From an uncultured Gammaproteobacteria bacterium (GTDB lineage: Bacteria > Patescibacteriota > Patescibacteriia > SG8-24), in the NCBI GenBank assembly GCA_964491475.1, contig CAZBFO010000002.1, positions 80,501 to 144,500 of the forward strand: 64,000 bases of DNA. The letters run 5' to 3'. Shown one piece after another: positions 38,340 through 49,252 of the stretch. The number at the start of each line of letters is the position of its first letter. Position 1 is the first letter of the stretch. The notes beneath the pieces were generated by a model. The model was not told the origin of the DNA. It ran no database searches and saw only the letters and a list, made by a program, of their open reading frames with translations. The position numbers were made by a program, and so were the translations under genes.

Positions 38340-38705
38340 ATGGATCGCGTCAGCCTCGGAGCCTACGGTGAGCAGCTTGCGGCGAGACATCTCGCCGGGA
38401 CGGGTTGCGTCATCCGGGACCGCAACTGGCGCATCAAGGGAGGAGAACTCGATCTCGTTGCCGAAGACGGCGGCGAGATCGTTTTCGTAGAGGTGAAGAC
38501 GCGGCAGGGGAGCGCCTACGGCTTTCCGGAGGAGGCGGTCACCTTCGCCAAGCGGCAGCGGCTGCGTTTCGCCGCGCATGCCTATCTTACGGCGCACGGC
38601 CTGCACGGCCGACCGTATCGGTTCGACGTCATTTCCGTCACGGTGCCCCGCCTTGGTCCGCCCAGGCTGGCGCGTTTTCGCAGCGCGATCGGCGAACGCG
38701 GATGA
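38340..38705 (+). CDS. YraN-family (UPF0102) endonuclease-like protein
   Basis: GELDLVAEDGGEIVFVEVKTRQ core motif. Confidence 0.65.
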   Translation: MDRVSLGAYGEQLAARHLAGTGCVIRDRNWRIKGGELDLVAEDGGEIVFVEVKTRQGSAYGFPEEAVTFAKRQRLRFAAHAYLTAHGLHGRPYRFDVISVTVPRLGPPRLARFRSAIGERG

Positions 38706-38782
38706 CGCCGCGACGGTTGACATCGGCCCGAAAAAGGGGTACCACGACACAAGGTCCGTTCCTTGAGAAAGGCAGGTAAACG

Positions 38783-39478
38783 ATGGGATATGCCTCCATC
38801 CGTCTGTTGTTGCTCCTCGCCGTGGCGATCGCCGCCACCGCCTTCACTTTCCGCTTCGCCTGGAAGCAGGAAGTGATCGGGCGCAAACATGCCACCGTCT
38901 GCGCGGCGCTGTTCCTGTTGGGAGCGTTGAGCTTGGTGCCCGGCGTCCGCGAAAGGGCGACGGCGATTTCTTGGCCCGACGACGAAACGGCCGGACGTTG
39001 GCTGTTGTTCTCCACTATGGGTTTTGCCGTGCTTCTCGGCCTGCTGCTTTCGGGCAAGCGGGCGTTGAGGGATTTGGCTGCCGGCACGGCCGCGCGATTG
39101 CGCCTGGCCGTGGAGGAATTCCGCGATCCGAGGCTGCGGGCCATGAACGTCTGCATCCGCCGCTATCAGCGCGCGCTGCGGATTTTGGCCAGGCCGGTTC
39201 CCGGAAGGCCGCATCGCCTGCAGCGCAATCGGCTGTACGTGGCCGCCACCCTCCGGCGGATCAGCGACGAGGACATCAAGGTCCTGGCCGACAGCCTCAA
39301 CGTCTCCATGTTCGGGGGCATTGCGTCGGCCGATCGTCTGGTCGCTTTCCTTCAGGAGGAGCGGCAGATGGCCTTGGCAGACCTGACTGCCGCCAGCGGT
39401 CATCTTGTCCGCCTCACCAGGTTGGCCGAGCAGATCCGTCGCGGCATTGCCGCGCGGCAGGAAAGAGGGGCGCAATGA
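38783..39478 (+). CDS. hypothetical membrane protein
   Basis: N-terminal TM helices, Arg-rich C-terminal half; its stop overlaps the next start. Confidence 0.45.
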   Translation: MGYASIRLLLLLAVAIAATAFTFRFAWKQEVIGRKHATVCAALFLLGALSLVPGVRERATAISWPDDETAGRWLLFSTMGFAVLLGLLLSGKRALRDLAAGTAARLRLAVEEFRDPRLRAMNVCIRRYQRALRILARPVPGRPHRLQRNRLYVAATLRRISDEDIKVLADSLNVSMFGGIASADRLVAFLQEERQMALADLTAASGHLVRLTRLAEQIRRGIAARQERGAQ

Positions 39479-40092
39479 ACAAGATCGCCGTGCTTTGTGA
39501 CATCGGCAACGTCGCTGTCAATTTCGACAACCGCCGCACGGACGTCGCGCTCGCGAAGCTGTCCGGCAGTTCCCAGGACGAAGTGCACCGCACGGTCTTC
39601 CGCAAGGGTCAGGCGCTGATCCGCCGCTACGAACGCGGCGATGTCAGCTCCGAGCAGTTCCGTCGGATGATCTGCGCCCGGCTGAACGTCACCAAGAGGG
39701 AGATGCCGTCCGACGATGCCTTCTTTGAGGCTTGGGCGGACGTGTTCGCACCGAACCGCCGGCTGATGGCCAGGCTCAACGTGCTCCGCACGGGCGGCGT
39801 GATCGTCGCCGCGGTCTCGAACATAGACGAAATGCGCCATCGCAAGCTGGCGCAGCTGCGGTTCCTGGACTGTTTCGACGAGCTGCTGCTCTCATACCGG
39901 GAGGGCCTTCGCAAGCCTTCGAAAGAGCTGATGATCCGCGCCTTGAGCCGGTGCGGCGCCTCCGCCGAGCAGGCGGTTTTCATCGACGACCTCGAAGAGA
40001 ACCTGATTCCGGCGGCCAAGATCGGCATCGCCACGCACTTGTTTGCTGGCAACGAGGGGCTCGAGCTTTTTCTCGAGTCACATGGGCTTTAG
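39475..40092 (+). CDS. HAD-superfamily hydrolase (subfamily IA-like)
   Basis: VLCDIGNV (motif I variant), VSNIDE, FIDDLEEN (motif III/IV). Confidence 0.55.
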   Translation: MNKIAVLCDIGNVAVNFDNRRTDVALAKLSGSSQDEVHRTVFRKGQALIRRYERGDVSSEQFRRMICARLNVTKREMPSDDAFFEAWADVFAPNRRLMARLNVLRTGGVIVAAVSNIDEMRHRKLAQLRFLDCFDELLLSYREGLRKPSKELMIRALSRCGASAEQAVFIDDLEENLIPAAKIGIATHLFAGNEGLELFLESHGL

Positions 40093-40197
40093 CGCCCAGT
40101 CCGGCTTTTGCCGGATTTTTGTTTTGCCGGTCGGCGTTTGACCGTCAAAAGGGGGATTGCTACGGTCATTTCGGTTCTCTTGCCCAAGGAGGCAATC

Positions 40198-40794
40198 ATG
40201 GCCACCACGTTCTTTGCGCTCCTCCTGGCGGTCTTCGTTCCGATCATCGGGTTGCGCTTCGTGCTGCTCCGCTACGCGCCGTCCCCGATGGCTCGTCAGC
40301 TGCGCATGTTGCAGCTGAACGTGGCCCTGCAGCTGTTCCGTGACCGCATACTGTACTTGCGCAGGAGGGAGTTGCGTGCGCTGTACCCTTATCGCAAGTG
40401 CATCCGCGAACTGCAGACCGCCGTCATTTTGCGTGATGCGTTCGAAAAACGGGCGGCCGCGCACGGGCCGAAGCTGGAACTGCTGGCCAGGCAAACCGAG
40501 GAGTACGCTATCATCGACCGATATTACGAACGGAAGCTGCGGCAGGCGGCGGCGTTCTTGGGCGAAATGTCCGACGAGCAGCTCCAAGCCATCGCCACGT
40601 CCATTCGGGACGAGCTGCTGGAGGGGCTGGTTCCCGTCAGCACGGTGGCGGACTTCCTCAAGGAAGAGCGCCAGGTCATCAAGGAGTCGAGCCACATGGC
40701 CGTCGGCCATTACGGCCGAATGACGGCCAGGATGCGCGAGATCCGGAAGGCCATACTGTTAAGTGCCATCAGGGGGCTTGCGAAGCGTCGCTGA
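40198..40794 (+). CDS. hypothetical membrane-anchored protein
   Basis: RBS AAGGAGG then ATG 40198; N-terminal TM helix. Confidence 0.45.
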   Translation: MATTFFALLLAVFVPIIGLRFVLLRYAPSPMARQLRMLQLNVALQLFRDRILYLRRRELRALYPYRKCIRELQTAVILRDAFEKRAAAHGPKLELLARQTEEYAIIDRYYERKLRQAAAFLGEMSDEQLQAIATSIRDELLEGLVPVSTVADFLKEERQVIKESSHMAVGHYGRMTARMREIRKAILLSAIRGLAKRR

Positions 40795-40850
40795 TTGGTG
40801 TAGAGTCTCTTCATAGACCTGTTTCATCAATGAAACTGGTCCTTTTTTTA

Positions 40851-40877
40851 GCCAAAATTGCCATGCAATTTTGGCGC
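40851..40877. promoter_or_regulatory. perfect 11-bp inverted repeat (GCCAAAATTGC-cat-GCAATTTTGGC) in the nusA leader region
   Basis: AT-rich palindrome about 100 nt upstream of nusA ATG, in an otherwise GC-rich genome. Confidence 0.3.
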
Positions 40878-40974
40878 AACGGCACGCAAGGCTCGGACAT
40901 GGGCTGTGGCACTGGGTCGCAGGGAAGTCAGGGATGAGCGGCTGCCGCGATTACCAGAACCGTAACGCATCACT

Positions 40975-42261
40975 ATGTCCTCACCTATCAGCCAGGCCAT
41001 CAAGCAGATCAGCGAAGAGAAGAACATCTCGGCCGATTCGGTCATCGAGACCATCGAGGCCGCGCTCGCCGCCGCCTTCCGCAAGGACTTCGGCGACAAG
41101 AACCAGAACCTCAAGGTGAAGTTCGACGCCGAGTCGGGCGAGTTCGACGTCTTCGACGTGAAGACCGTGGTCGAGGACCAGGAGCTTCCGCCCGAAGAGG
41201 AGGCCGTCGAGGAGAAAGAAGAGGAACGCCCCCGCGGCAAGCGCGGCGCCCCCGAACCGCACCTCGTCGAGATCGCCGAGGACGAGGAGAAGAAGTTCAA
41301 CCCCAAGACCGAAATCATGATCACCGCCGCCCGCGAAACCCTGAAGAAGGACGCGGAGATCGGCGACGAGATCCGCACCCAGCTCGAGGTGCCTGCCGCC
41401 TTCGGCCGCATGGCCGCGCAGACCGCCAAGCAGGTCATCATCCAGAAGATCCGCGAGGCCGAGCGCAACAAGCTCTTCAACGAGTTCAAGGACCGCGAGC
41501 ACGAGCTCATCAACGCCACCGTGCAGCGCCGCGAAGGCCGCGCCGTGCTGATCGACCTGGGCCGCAGCACCGCCATCCTGCCTCCCGAGGAGCAGATCGC
41601 CACCGAGCGCTACAACTCCGGCGACCGCGTCAAGGTGTTCGTCACCGACGTCCGCATGACCACCCGCGGTCCGGAAGTGGTCGTCTCGCGCGCCCATCCG
41701 GAAATCGTCCGCAAGCTTTTCCTTCTCGAAATCCCCGAAGTCGCCGCCGGCGTGGTCCAGATTCACGGCATCGCCCGCGAGGCCGGCTCGCGCTCCAAGG
41801 TGGCGGTGTCGTCGACCCAGGAGAACGTCGACCCGATCGGTTCCTGCATCGGCCAGCGCGGCACGCGCATCCAGACCGTCATCAGCGAGCTGGGAGGGGA
41901 GAAGATCGACATCATCCAGCATGATGCCGACGTCGCCAAGTTCATCGCCAACTCCCTCTCGCCGGCCAAGGTCACGGCCATCGAGCTCAACGAGGAGACC
42001 CGCACCGCCGACGTTCGCGTCCCCGAAGATCAGCTTTCGCTGGCTATCGGCAAGGGCGGCCAGAACGTCCGCCTGGCTTCCCGCCTGACCGGCTGGAAGA
42101 TCAACATCCGCGAGGCTTCCTCTCCGGAGGGCGAAGTCGCCGCTGCTGCCGAACCGGCCGGCGAAGGTGAAACGATGGAAGAGCCCGCCGCTCCCGTACA
42201 GGAAGTGCCGCTCTCGGCCCTCGCCGAAACTCCGGCCGTCGAGAAACCCAGCGAGGAATAA
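40975..42261 (+). CDS. nusA: transcription termination/antitermination factor NusA
   Basis: N-terminal NusA domain, S1 and two KH domains (…GSCIGQRGTRIQ…GEKIDIIQ…), acidic C-terminal tail. Confidence 0.9.
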   Translation: MSSPISQAIKQISEEKNISADSVIETIEAALAAAFRKDFGDKNQNLKVKFDAESGEFDVFDVKTVVEDQELPPEEEAVEEKEEERPRGKRGAPEPHLVEIAEDEEKKFNPKTEIMITAARETLKKDAEIGDEIRTQLEVPAAFGRMAAQTAKQVIIQKIREAERNKLFNEFKDREHELINATVQRREGRAVLIDLGRSTAILPPEEQIATERYNSGDRVKVFVTDVRMTTRGPEVVVSRAHPEIVRKLFLLEIPEVAAGVVQIHGIAREAGSRSKVAVSSTQENVDPIGSCIGQRGTRIQTVISELGGEKIDIIQHDADVAKFIANSLSPAKVTAIELNEETRTADVRVPEDQLSLAIGKGGQNVRLASRLTGWKINIREASSPEGEVAAAAEPAGEGETMEEPAAPVQEVPLSALAETPAVEKPSEE

Positions 42262-42283
42262 GGAGACGGCTGAATAAGCTCCT

Positions 42284-43021
42284 ATGATCCATCTTTGGAA
42301 TCTCATCTTCGCCCAGCCCATCTTCAACCTGCTGATTTTCCTGTACGACGTCGTTCCCGGCCATGACATCGGCCTGGCCATCATCCTGCTGACCGTCCTG
42401 GTCAAGGCGATCCTTTGGCCGCTGTCCGGACAGGCGCTGCGCTCGCAGAAGGCGTTGGCCGACCTGCAGCCCAAGATGGAGGCGCTCAAGAAGGAATACG
42501 GCGACAAGCAGGAGGAGCTGGCCAAGGCCATGATGGCCCTGTACTCCAAGGAGAAAGTCTCGCCGTTCTCGTCCTGCCTTCCGCTGCTGATCCAGCTGCC
42601 GGTGTTCATCGCGCTGTATCACGCGCTGAATCTGGGACTGAAGTCCTCCGGCTTCGATACGCTTTATCCGTTCGTGCGCAATCCGGGCACCATCACGCCG
42701 ACGCTGTTCGGCATCGTCGACATCGCCAAGCGTTCGATTCCGCTGGCCATCGCCGCGGCTGCCGCGCAGTTCGTGCAGGCCAAGATGATGATCACCCGCC
42801 AGCAGCCCAAGAAGACGCCGGGCGCCAAGGACGAGGAGATGCTGGCCGTGATGAACAAGCAGATGCTCTACATGATGCCCGCCATGACCCTGTTCATCGG
42901 CTGGAAGCTGCCGGGCGGCCTGGCCCTGTACTGGCTGATGCAGAACGTGCTGACCATCGGGCAGCAGTGGTGGTATTTTCATCGCGGCAGCAGCAAGAAA
43001 AATGAAGTCGTGACCAAATAG
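42284..43021 (+). CDS. yidC: membrane protein insertase YidC (short form, no large periplasmic domain)
   Basis: LLTVLVKAILWPLS...KMEALKKEYGDKQEE...MLYMMPAMTLFIGWKLPGGLALYW. Confidence 0.85.
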   Translation: MIHLWNLIFAQPIFNLLIFLYDVVPGHDIGLAIILLTVLVKAILWPLSGQALRSQKALADLQPKMEALKKEYGDKQEELAKAMMALYSKEKVSPFSSCLPLLIQLPVFIALYHALNLGLKSSGFDTLYPFVRNPGTITPTLFGIVDIAKRSIPLAIAAAAAQFVQAKMMITRQQPKKTPGAKDEEMLAVMNKQMLYMMPAMTLFIGWKLPGGLALYWLMQNVLTIGQQWWYFHRGSSKKNEVVTK

Positions 43022-43024
43022 CCT

Positions 43025-43354
43025 ATGCAGTACCGTGACGTCGAACTCCGCGGCATCCCCGTGATCACCCGCAGCGGCCAAAAGCTGGGCAAGCTGTCGG
43101 CCTACGTGATCGATGCCGAGCATCACGAGGTGGCCCAGTACGTGGTGACCCGTTCCAGCCTGCTGGCCAGGATTTTGCCCGACGAACTGCTGGTGCATCG
43201 GTCGCAGGTGGTCTCGTTGGATTCGGAAATGATGGTCGTGGACGACAACGTCATCACGGAAAAGGCGGCCGAACGCAAGATGGCGCATCCGGCAGAGACC
43301 GCGCCGGCCAGCGGCGCTTCGGCCTCGACTGCCGCCTCGACAATCCGGAACTGA
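43025..43354 (+). CDS. PRC-barrel domain protein
   Basis: LRGIPVITRSGQKLGKLSAYVID pattern (GxxVxxxxGxxLGxVxD). Confidence 0.45.
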   Translation: MQYRDVELRGIPVITRSGQKLGKLSAYVIDAEHHEVAQYVVTRSSLLARILPDELLVHRSQVVSLDSEMMVVDDNVITEKAAERKMAHPAETAPASGASASTAASTIRN

Positions 43355-43386
43355 ACGCGCTGCCCGAATGCGACGGACGTGCTACG

Positions 43387-44400
43387 ATGGCGAGTGGATA
43401 TCCACTCGCCGTTTTAGTTCGTATGGCCGACGCGCGACTGCGCAATTCGCTTCTGGCAACGCTGGCTTTTTTCGATTTGTTCGACTACCCGCTGACGTTT
43501 GCCGAGCTGCTGCGGCATCGCTACAGGCTGGAAGGGGAAGGCATCGCGGAGGCTTGGAACGCCTCGGACGCGCTCGAAACCCTCAAGGACAGGGCGTTCG
43601 GACAGAAAGACGGTTTTTATTTTTTGGCCGGACGTGAGGACGCCGCGGCGACGCGCCAGCGGCGTTTCCGGCTCTCGGAAAAAAAACAGGCGCGGGCCAG
43701 GCGCGTGGCCGCGTTCCTGCGCTGCCTGCCGTCCGTGAGGATGGTGGCGGTCTGCAACAGCCTGGCCATCGCCAACGCCGACCACGAGAGCGACATCGAC
43801 CTGTTCGTGGTCTGCGCTTCCGGGACGTTGTGGGCCACGCGCCTGCTGGTCGTCGGGGCGCTGGCCCTGCTGGGGCTGCGTCCCACCGAAGAGTCGCACG
43901 CCGACAAGGTCTGCATGAGCTTCTTCGTGTCCGAAGCGGCGCTCGACCTCTCGCGCTATGCCCTGCAGCCCGGCGACACCTATCTGCGCTACTGGATCGC
44001 CACGCTGGTGCCCGTGTACGACCGCGACTCCACTTACGTCCGTTTCATGAATGCCAACGCCTGGACGCACGATCTTCTCCCGGGCACCCGTTCCGATGCC
44101 GTCACGTCCGCAGTTACGGAAGCGCCGCGCTGGTCGGCGCCGTTGTTCCCGCTGCTTCGCGCCGCGGACGCGCCGGCACGCCGGCTGCAGATGCGGAAAT
44201 TCCCGGCGCAGATCGCCTCAATGGCCAACCTCGACAGCCGCGTCGTGATTTCCGACGACGTGCTCAAGTTCCACGTCGGCGACCGCAGGGCCGAGTTTGA
44301 AAGGCGTTTCCGCGACAAGTTGCGGCAGCTCGGCGTCGGCGCGCCTTCGGCGCCGCCGGTAGTAGAGACGGTTCGAGAACTCGCTGCAGCAGGAGCCTAG
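43387..44400 (+). CDS. hypothetical protein with a nucleotidyltransferase-fold-like motif
   Basis: AVCNSLAIANADHESDIDLFVV resembles the hG[GS]x(9-13)Dh[DE]h NTase signature; otherwise unassigned. Confidence 0.35.
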   Translation: MASGYPLAVLVRMADARLRNSLLATLAFFDLFDYPLTFAELLRHRYRLEGEGIAEAWNASDALETLKDRAFGQKDGFYFLAGREDAAATRQRRFRLSEKKQARARRVAAFLRCLPSVRMVAVCNSLAIANADHESDIDLFVVCASGTLWATRLLVVGALALLGLRPTEESHADKVCMSFFVSEAALDLSRYALQPGDTYLRYWIATLVPVYDRDSTYVRFMNANAWTHDLLPGTRSDAVTSAVTEAPRWSAPLFPLLRAADAPARRLQMRKFPAQIASMANLDSRVVISDDVLKFHVGDRRAEFERRFRDKLRQLGVGAPSAPPVVETVRELAAAGA

Positions 44401-44412
44401 CCGAGCGTTCGC

Positions 44413-45828
44413 ATGCCCACCCGACTCAAAAACTGGCTCAAGACCTTCACCCTGCGCGAAGTCACCGCGCTCCTTTTCACCGTTCTGGCGATGTTCGCGC
44501 CGAGCGGTACGCGCTACATCCTGTACACGGGGCAGATCCTCGGTCATCCGGTGGAGCCGGGGACGGTCAGCCTGTTCGGCATGCAGCTGGTGGCCGTCGC
44601 CTTCGCGGTGCTGGCCTTTTGGCCGCACGGCTGGAAAGGCGTTTCTGACGTCGCACGCACGCCCATCGGCCTGTTTGCGGGGTGCATCGCGTTGGCCGCG
44701 CTGCTCTCGTCGTTCCAGGCCGTCGATCCGCTGGCCGGCATGACCTCGGCCTCGTTCGTCATCACCGGCGTGGCGGTTTTCTACGGCATCATCATGTTCC
44801 GCCCCGACGCGCGCGAGGTGCTTACCTCGTTCGTGGGCGGCGCCATCTTCCAGACCATGATCGGCGCCTATCAGTTCCTGACGCAATCCGCTTTCGCTTC
44901 CAAGTGGCTGGGCATGGCCATGCATTCCGCCGATCAGCTCGGCGCATTCGTGGTGGAAACGCCGAGCGGCCGCTGGCTCCGCGCCTACGGCTCGCTCTCG
45001 CACCCCAACGTCTTCGGCCTGTACGTGGCCATAGGCCTGCTTATGGCCATCGGCTTGGCGGCCTACCGCGGGCATGGCAAGCACATGCATTATTTCGCGT
45101 TCATGCCCTTCATTACCATGGGCCTGCTGTTCTCGTTCTCGCGCAGCTCCATCCTAGCGTTCGCCGCCGGTTTCGTCTGGCTGACCATCAGCGCCTACGG
45201 CAGCAACGCCGCTCCCGATTACCGGCGCGTGATGGTGCCGTCGTTCATCATCATCGCCGTCACCATCGTGGTGATCGGCTACTTCTATGCCGATCCGCTG
45301 CGCACACGCTCGACCGCCGAGGGGAGGCTGGAGGTCCAGTCCATCACGGACCGCGAAAATCAGTACGAGGACGCGCTCTCGCTCATTTCCCGCCACATGT
45401 TCACGGGCGTCGGCATCGGCCAGATGCCGCTGGCGCTGGCGCGCGAGACGGCCACCGCCCGCAACTGGTTCCAGTATGACTACGTCCACAACGTGCCGAT
45501 CCTGGTCGCCGCCGAAACGGGATTGCTCGGCCTGGGCGTGTGGCTGGCGTTCGTCTTCATGACGCTCGTGGCGATCCGCAACCGCCTCAAGCACAACCTG
45601 CTGGTCGGCTACGGCGTCACCGCCTATGCGGCCGCGTTCATCGCCATGCTCGTCGCGGCGATGTTCGATCACTTCCTGTGGAGTTCGTGGTTTGGTCAGT
45701 TGCTATTCTGGATGGTCGCAGGGTTGCTGCACTCGACCTATCTTGAGATCAGGATGCCGCCGCAAAAGCCCGCGCCGTCGGCCGAAGAAAAAGAAAAAAC
45801 TCCGACCCAAACCGCAAGCGCGGGATAG
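44413..45828 (+). CDS. O-antigen ligase / Wzy-like polytopic membrane protein
   Basis: At least 10 TM helices, with the Wzy_C-type periplasmic loop motif FSFSRSSILAF... Confidence 0.6.
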   Translation: MPTRLKNWLKTFTLREVTALLFTVLAMFAPSGTRYILYTGQILGHPVEPGTVSLFGMQLVAVAFAVLAFWPHGWKGVSDVARTPIGLFAGCIALAALLSSFQAVDPLAGMTSASFVITGVAVFYGIIMFRPDAREVLTSFVGGAIFQTMIGAYQFLTQSAFASKWLGMAMHSADQLGAFVVETPSGRWLRAYGSLSHPNVFGLYVAIGLLMAIGLAAYRGHGKHMHYFAFMPFITMGLLFSFSRSSILAFAAGFVWLTISAYGSNAAPDYRRVMVPSFIIIAVTIVVIGYFYADPLRTRSTAEGRLEVQSITDRENQYEDALSLISRHMFTGVGIGQMPLALARETATARNWFQYDYVHNVPILVAAETGLLGLGVWLAFVFMTLVAIRNRLKHNLLVGYGVTAYAAAFIAMLVAAMFDHFLWSSWFGQLLFWMVAGLLHSTYLEIRMPPQKPAPSAEEKEKTPTQTASAG

Positions 45829-45842
45829 GGCGGAGCCTTGGT

Positions 45843-46049
45843 TCAAAGATCCGATGCCTCGAGCGCATCGGGGTTTGGCAGCTGGATGGTCTTACCGCAT
45901 TGCGGACAGTGCGCGTAGCGGTAGGGGACCAAGTCGTCCGGGTCCCGACCGGAGATGATGTCGGACGACGTGAGTCCTACCTCGTAGTGGCAGTGACTGC
46001 ATTCGACTTTGATTTCGCCAACCGGCTCTTTGCTGATTACGCGGGCCAT
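45843..46049 (-). CDS. small zinc-ribbon protein
   Basis: CSHCH...(26 aa)...CPQCG; start MARVISKEP, with GGAGGG before ATG (rev 46047-46049). Confidence 0.4.
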   Translation of the reverse strand: MARVISKEPVGEIKVECSHCHYEVGLTSSDIISGRDPDDLVPYRYAHCPQCGKTIQLPNPDALEASDL

Positions 46050-46201
46050 GTTTCCCTCCGACGTGCCCAAGGTTAGCATAAAAAAGGTCATCGGTCAATC
46101 CCACCTTGACGAAACGTCGGGGTGTTTTATTATATTGGCACTCCGTACCAATGAGTGCTAAGCTCTCGGACGGTAAAGCAAATAACCCGATTTTCACGCC
46201 T

Positions 46202-48138
<1,937 letters not shown>

Positions 48139-48148
48139 GACGGAAAAA

Positions 48149-48170
48149 GCCCGCTTCGGCGGGTTTTTTG
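48149..48170 (+). terminator. rho-independent terminator after groEL
   Basis: gcccgc-ttcg-gcgggt then tttttt. Confidence 0.6.
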
Positions 48171-48224
48171 ATTGCAAAATGAGGTTGTTTCGTGTGTACT
48201 GCGGTTGCAAGACACGGAGGAGTC

Positions 48225-48422
48225 ATGAGCCTTGCAAAGTGTGAAGCGTTCTATCTACGGCATTACCGGCTGGTCATTCCATTCATTCTCGTCGTGAGCG
48301 GGCTGCTCTGGCTGTTCGTCGGCGAGAAAGTCGCCGCCGTGACGTTCATGTGCCTTCTCGGGGCGGACATCGCCATGGTTTTTCTCATCCTCTTTCGCGC
48401 AATGAGAAAGGAGAAGAAGTAA
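48225..48422 (+). CDS. small two-TM membrane protein (65 aa)
   Basis: RBS GGAGG then ATG 48225; its stop overlaps the next start (TAATG). Confidence 0.35.
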   Translation: MSLAKCEAFYLRHYRLVIPFILVVSGLLWLFVGEKVAAVTFMCLLGADIAMVFLILFRAMRKEKK

Positions 48423-48775
48423 TGGCCAAGAAGGAAGTCGAACTCGATTTCCAGGCGTTCATCGCCTCGATCGAGAATTGGGACGGCGCCAATCCGCCGT
48501 TCGACGAAGCCGTGCGCTCGGCGCTGCTGCACGCGCAGCTTATGGGGCGCGGCGACGCCTTTCGCCGCGAACTCAGCGAGACGCTCGAAATCTCCGGCAC
48601 GACCATCTCGCGCTATGCGGCAGGCGTGGCCCGACCGATGGGAAACGTCTCGGCCATGGTCGTACGCGAATCGCACAAGATACTGGTCGCCCTTTACGAG
48701 CAGGCGGTGAAGAGCAACAACGCCATGGTGCTGTTCATGCGCCACGTCGGCGAAGGCTGCTCGGACGACGACTAA
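48422..48775 (+). CDS. small HTH-domain protein
   Basis: ETLEISGTTISRYAAG helix-turn-helix-like segment. Confidence 0.4.
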   Translation: MAKKEVELDFQAFIASIENWDGANPPFDEAVRSALLHAQLMGRGDAFRRELSETLEISGTTISRYAAGVARPMGNVSAMVVRESHKILVALYEQAVKSNNAMVLFMRHVGEGCSDDD

Positions 48776-48887
48776 TCGCATCATCTTGGGCCCGTTCGGG
48801 TCCTTTTTTATTGCTAAAACAGGCAGTCCTATTGAAAATACGGGTCAAAAACGATATACTGCACCCGAGAAGCATTAGCGTACCCGT

Positions 48888-49247
48888 ATGGAAGAAATGA
48901 AGCCCGAGGAGAAAACCGAGGAAGAAAAGACCTTCGTCATGCCGGAGCAGCCCTCCCTGACCGACAAGGACAAGGAGCGCATCATGGCGGCGATGTCGTA
49001 CATCGGCATTCTCTTCGTGGTGCCGCTGTTTCTGGTACGCCGCAAGTCGTCGTTCTTGACCTTCCACCTGCGACAGGGCATGGTGCTGTTCTTCATTGAG
49101 GCGATTTTCACGGCCATTCCGGTGCTCGGCTGGATGATGCTCTTCCTGCCCATCGTGGCCTCGATCTACGGCATGCTGCAGGCCTACATGGGCCGCGAAT
49201 GGGAGCTGCCGTTCATCGCAAAGTACGCCCGCCGCATCAACTTGTAA
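48888..49247 (+). CDS. DUF4870-family membrane protein
   Basis: Acidic N-terminus followed by MAAMSYIGILFVVPLF...HLRQGMVLFFIE.... Confidence 0.5.
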   Translation: MEEMKPEEKTEEEKTFVMPEQPSLTDKDKERIMAAMSYIGILFVVPLFLVRRKSSFLTFHLRQGMVLFFIEAIFTAIPVLGWMMLFLPIVASIYGMLQAYMGREWELPFIAKYARRINL

Positions 49248-49252
49248 TCCGC

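Noticed and set aside
40981-43288. 542- and 395-aa minus-strand ORFs
   Set aside because: Antisense to nusA and yidC.
45860-45888. Hairpin ccgatgc-ctcgagc-gcatcgg downstream of the yrdC-like / O-antigen ligase region
   Set aside because: It lies inside the coding sequence of the minus-strand zinc-ribbon gene (encodes ...PDALEASDL) and has no T-run, so it is not called as a terminator.
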